From NCBI GenBank assembly GCA_963794325.1, contig CAWCDG010000004.1, positions 928,001-992,000 of the forward strand: a stretch of 64,000 nt of DNA. The letters are read 5' to 3'. A program made the position numbers and the translations under genes. This stretch comes from an uncultured delta proteobacterium (lineage in GTDB: Bacteria; Desulfobacterota; Binatia; Binatales; Binataceae). Shown piece by piece: positions 60,245 through 64,000 of the stretch (within the stretch, counting starts at the first letter, position 1; each line of letters starts with the position of its first letter). A model generated the notes under the pieces. That model was given only the letters and a program-made list of their open reading frames with translations, had not been told where the DNA came from and made no database searches.

Positions 60245-61462
60245 TTGTCGTTCTCTGAATTTTCCGTATCGCCCGAGATCCATCGTTCAATCAAAGACCG
60301 CGGTCATCATACGGCGACCCCGGTCCAGGCCGGAGCTATCCCGGTTGCGCTCACTGGGCGCGACGTAGTTGCCACGGCTGAAACCGGCAGCGGCAAGACC
60401 GCGGCCTTTCTGATCCCGACTATCGACCGGCTCCATCGCAAGCATACGCGGCATCTCGCGGCGCTGGTGATCATGCCGACCCGCGAGCTCGCTGCGCAGG
60501 CCGCGCGCGAGTTCGATCTGATCGCGCGTCACACTCATATCCGCTGCGCGACTGTGGTTGGCGGCGAGTCCGAGCGTCACCAGATCGACCAGATTCGCAA
60601 GGGCGCGCAGGTGCTGGTCGCGTGTCCCGGACGGCTTATCGACTTCATCGAGCGCGGTATCGTCAAGCTCGACAAAGTTGAAGTCGTGATAATCGACGAA
60701 GCCGACCGGCTGCTCGACATGGGCTTCCTGCCGCAACTGCGGCGGATCATGCGGATGGTGCCGAAGCAGCGCCAGACGATGATGTTCTCGGCGACGATGG
60801 CGTCCGGTCCTGAAATGATCGCGCGCGAGTTTCTGACCTCGCCCGAGCGCGTCACGGTCGGCGGGACCAAAGCCGCGCCGCCGTCGCAGATTCGCCAGTC
60901 GATTTACCCGGTCACGCTCGAGAACAAAGGGCCGGTGCTGCTCGAGATTCTCAAGCGTCCCGAAGTCGAGAGCGCGATCGTGTTCACGCGCACCAAGAGC
61001 CGCGCGGACCGCGTCGCCAAGCTGCTGATCCGCGCCAACATCAAGGCGGTGCAGATTCACGGCGATCGCTCGCAGAGCCAGCGCAATGCGGCTCTGGCGG
61101 GATTCCGCTCGCACAAGTTCCGCGTGATGGTCGCGACCGACGTGGCCGCGCGCGGACTCGACATCCCGGACGTTTCGCACGTGATTAATTTCGATCTGCC
61201 CGACGAGACCGAGGGGTATATCCATCGCATCGGCCGCACGGCCCGGATGGGCAAGGCGGGCGAGGCGATCAGCTTGGTGACGCAGGAAGAACGCGTCAAC
61301 CTGGCGCGGCTCGAGCGCACGCTCGGCAACGCGCTCGATCGCGAGCATGTCGAGGGTTTCGAGAAAATCGAAATTCATGCGCCCAAGCCGGTGACCGTGT
61401 TCCGTTCGTCGGGCGCGCGAAATCGCTCGACGCGCAACCGTCCACGGTCGCGCTGGGCGTAA
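60245..61462 (+). CDS. DEAD-box RNA helicase (RhlE-like)
   Basis: AETGSGKT, PTRELA, DEAD, SAT, ARGLD, HRIGRTAR; TTG start. Confidence 0.95.
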   Translation: MSFSEFSVSPEIHRSIKDRGHHTATPVQAGAIPVALTGRDVVATAETGSGKTAAFLIPTIDRLHRKHTRHLAALVIMPTRELAAQAAREFDLIARHTHIRCATVVGGESERHQIDQIRKGAQVLVACPGRLIDFIERGIVKLDKVEVVIIDEADRLLDMGFLPQLRRIMRMVPKQRQTMMFSATMASGPEMIAREFLTSPERVTVGGTKAAPPSQIRQSIYPVTLENKGPVLLEILKRPEVESAIVFTRTKSRADRVAKLLIRANIKAVQIHGDRSQSQRNAALAGFRSHKFRVMVATDVAARGLDIPDVSHVINFDLPDETEGYIHRIGRTARMGKAGEAISLVTQEERVNLARLERTLGNALDREHVEGFEKIEIHAPKPVTVFRSSGARNRSTRNRPRSRWA

Positions 61463-61480
61463 CCGCAATCTCCCAAACTG

Positions 61481-61527
61481 AATTCCACCGCCGAGCCGAT
61501 CGCAGCCGCGATCGGCTCGGTGGAATT
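61481..61527. terminator. Strong hairpin downstream of the helicase (terminator or stabilising stem; no U-tract)
   Basis: CCGAGCCGATCGC-AGCC-GCGATCGGCTCGG with outer AATTCCA/TGGAATT. Confidence 0.5.
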
Positions 61528-61594
61528 GCACAAGCTTCCTACTCGGCGTTCGACCTTTTGTCGAAACACGTCCTGAGTTAGAGTTTCAGTATCA

Positions 61595-63343
61595 ATGCGC
61601 CCTAATCCTGTCTCACTCCTCCTCCGCTGCGCGCTGGTTTCAACTTGCGTCGCATTGTCCATTCTGACTTCGTGCAGCACGGCTAAATTCATCTTGCACG
61701 GCGGCGAACGCGCCAAAACGCATATCAGGCCGGAGCAGCCGGGTCCGTACGTTTTAATCTTCGCCTTTGACGGCGCCGGCTACGACCAGTTGATGGAAGC
61801 GATCAACTCGGGCAAGGCGCCTGCGATGGCCGGGATGCTGGGCAAGCCCGAAGGCGGCGGATTGTACGAGCACGCCTACTCGGTGCCCAACGCCGTCACC
61901 ATCCTGCCCTCGACTACCATCGCCGCATGGTCGGCGATCTTCACCGGCGCGCCGACGGCCTGGAACGGCGTCTCGGGCAACGAATGGTTCGTGCGTGAGG
62001 ATATGAAATTCTACGCGCCAGTGCCCGTGTCGGTTAGCGAGATGGACGACAACCGCGCGATGATCATCGAGGATCTGGTCGGCAAGGCGCTCAAGACGCC
62101 GACGCTATTCGAGCAGGCCGGAGTGAAGTCGTCGGTCTCGTTGAATCCGATTTATCGGCGCGCGGACTATTTCACCGTCGTCGATCCGATCTCGATGGTC
62201 GCGCTGTACACGGAATTCATCGCGCGGGGCGGCGGTGAGAATTCGCCCGAGGAGATGGAGATCTACGAAGACCTCGACAAGAAATCCGTGCCCAAGTTGC
62301 TCGACGGTATCGAGGATCATGGCATTTCGAAAATCCAGGTCGTGTATTTCCCGGGAATCGATCTGTACACCCATCTGGCCAGCGATCCGCTCCCGATGGA
62401 GGTGGACTACCTCGAGCGGATAACCGATCCGCTGGTCGGCCAGGTGCTGGCCTACTACCAGAAGCTCGGCATCCTCGATCAGACCTTCGTGATGATAATC
62501 GCCGACCACGGGCATACTCCGGTGTTGCGCGACCCCAAGCATGCCCTCGGCGCCAACACCAACGACGGTCCGGACGCCGCCTTGAAGGCTGCCGGATTCC
62601 GGCCGAGGAAACTCGTGCTGAATCCCGGCCCGAACGAACAGGACTACCAGTCTGCCATCGCGTACCAGGGCGCGATCGCTTACGTCTATCTGGCCGATCG
62701 TTCGACCTGCCCGAATCCCGGCACGACTTGCGACTGGAAGCGTCCGCCTCGGTGGCGGCAGGACGTGCTGCCGGCTGTGCGCGCATTTTACAACTCGAAT
62801 AAAACCGGCAAGCCAATTCCGCAGATGAAGGGCACGCTCGACTTGATCTTCGCGCGGGTGCCGACGCCGGCGGGACAACCGACGATGGAGTTCCAAATCT
62901 TCGACGGCCATCGGCTGGTGCCTATACCGGAATACCTGAAAGAGCATCCGCGGCCCGACCTGATCCAGCTCGATCGGCGGATGCAATGGCTGAGCGCGGG
63001 GCCGTACGGCAATCGCGCCGGCGACATTCTGCTGCTCACCAAGTCGGGTCTCGAGCGTCCGATCCAGAAGCGATACTACTTCTCCGGCCCGTATCACTCG
63101 TGGCACGGCAGCGCGTCGTGGCAGGACAGCCACATACCGCTGATCGTTGCGCGACAGAACTACCCGGCCGACAAGCTCAAACAAATCGTGGACGAGGTCG
63201 CGGGCCCGAATCCATCGCATTTGTCGCTGGTGCCGATCGTGCTTTCGCTGCTCGCGACCGACCTGACGCCTCCAGCATCCGTCGCGCCGCCGGCTAGCCC
63301 GGGAGCGGCCCCGTCAGCGACGCCCGCTGCGAAATCTCAATAA
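61595..63343 (+). CDS. Alkaline phosphatase superfamily (NPP-like) exported protein
   Basis: IFAFDG, PSTT..AW.AIFTG, IDLYTH, IADHGH, WHGS; possible LTSC lipobox. Confidence 0.85.
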   Translation: MRPNPVSLLLRCALVSTCVALSILTSCSTAKFILHGGERAKTHIRPEQPGPYVLIFAFDGAGYDQLMEAINSGKAPAMAGMLGKPEGGGLYEHAYSVPNAVTILPSTTIAAWSAIFTGAPTAWNGVSGNEWFVREDMKFYAPVPVSVSEMDDNRAMIIEDLVGKALKTPTLFEQAGVKSSVSLNPIYRRADYFTVVDPISMVALYTEFIARGGGENSPEEMEIYEDLDKKSVPKLLDGIEDHGISKIQVVYFPGIDLYTHLASDPLPMEVDYLERITDPLVGQVLAYYQKLGILDQTFVMIIADHGHTPVLRDPKHALGANTNDGPDAALKAAGFRPRKLVLNPGPNEQDYQSAIAYQGAIAYVYLADRSTCPNPGTTCDWKRPPRWRQDVLPAVRAFYNSNKTGKPIPQMKGTLDLIFARVPTPAGQPTMEFQIFDGHRLVPIPEYLKEHPRPDLIQLDRRMQWLSAGPYGNRAGDILLLTKSGLERPIQKRYYFSGPYHSWHGSASWQDSHIPLIVARQNYPADKLKQIVDEVAGPNPSHLSLVPIVLSLLATDLTPPASVAPPASPGAAPSATPAAKSQ

Positions 63344-64000
63344 AGTTGCCGTCGGGATCGCGGATGAATGAAATCCGCGCGACTGCGCCGAGCGATACCG
63401 GCGCCGCGCCTTCCCACACGCCCATCGACATGAAGCGTCGATGCTCCGTGTCGACGTCGCGCACCTGCACCGTGATGTAACGCATCCCGACCGCGCGCAT
63501 CGACGCGACAACGTCCGCCGCGCTGGCTGACAGTGAAGGATTTCTCCGCGCGCACGGCCGCTGGGTCTTTGCGGCAGCTGATAATCGTTTCGCCCAGCTT
63601 GAATCGGCCCGCGCCGAGTCGTTCGGCTTGTAATGCGCCGGCGTAGAATTTCTCGAAGTCGGCTTCGTCGGTGACTCCGATATGGATTTCGATCTGATTC
63701 ACGCCGCGTTGGCCGCCAGGAATCAGCTCGATATCGTTGCCGTCGGGATCCTGCGTCGGGATCGGCATCGGGGTTCGCGGATCGGAAATCGAAATTTTAT
63801 GGTATCCGCCGGCGATCCGCGGCGGGAGCTGATCGCGCGAGTGATTTATTTTCAGCACTGAGCCGAGCAGTCCGTAGCGATATTGCCGCACGCCGCCGCC
63901 GACTGGCAGTAGCTCTTCATAAGGCAGCCGGATTCGCTCGCCGTAAAACGCACGCATCTCGTCGAGCCGGTTGGTGAAAATTCCCACGTCGATGAATCGC
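63294..64000 (-). CDS. VOC/glyoxalase family protein (5'-truncated; frameshift near 63535)
   Basis: DPDGNDIEL and ISFIRDPDGNFIEIS in two frames. Confidence 0.8.

Overview
A 64-kb, GC-rich (roughly 60-65% by eye) bacterial chromosomal segment, mostly housekeeping and metabolic genes. It holds an RND efflux operon, tRNA-Val(CAC), a large NAD-glutamate dehydrogenase, a nagA/anmK cluster, riboflavin synthase, WS/DGAT, P450+ferredoxin, an Rrf2-yezD-porin-sbp-cysTWA sulfate uptake operon, msrB, a thiolase-like/OB-fold pair, a DEAD-box helicase and two type II toxin-antitoxin pairs. Gene content is reminiscent of soil Binatota/Deltaproteobacteria-like organisms (inference only). Eight genes carry 1-2 nt indels, probably long-read errors. 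The most striking signal is a 490-bp unit (22517-23006): a DUF559/Vsr-like endonuclease gene bracketed by perfect 47-bp inverted repeats. Five solo copies of the same palindrome+TTAGGGG-tail repeat are dispersed through the window, suggesting a REP/RAYT-like system built on a PD-(D/E)XK nuclease rather than a HUH transposase. Other highlights: a six-Cys bufferin-like precursor without its MNIO enzyme, clustered with a Met/His-rich protein and an MsrPQ-like pair; a MEMO1 protein with a PqqD/RRE-like N-terminal domain; a nested ~300-bp inverted-repeat element; and a REP-like hairpin pair read in frame inside a glycosyltransferase gene. All family assignments come from motif recognition; no database search was run.
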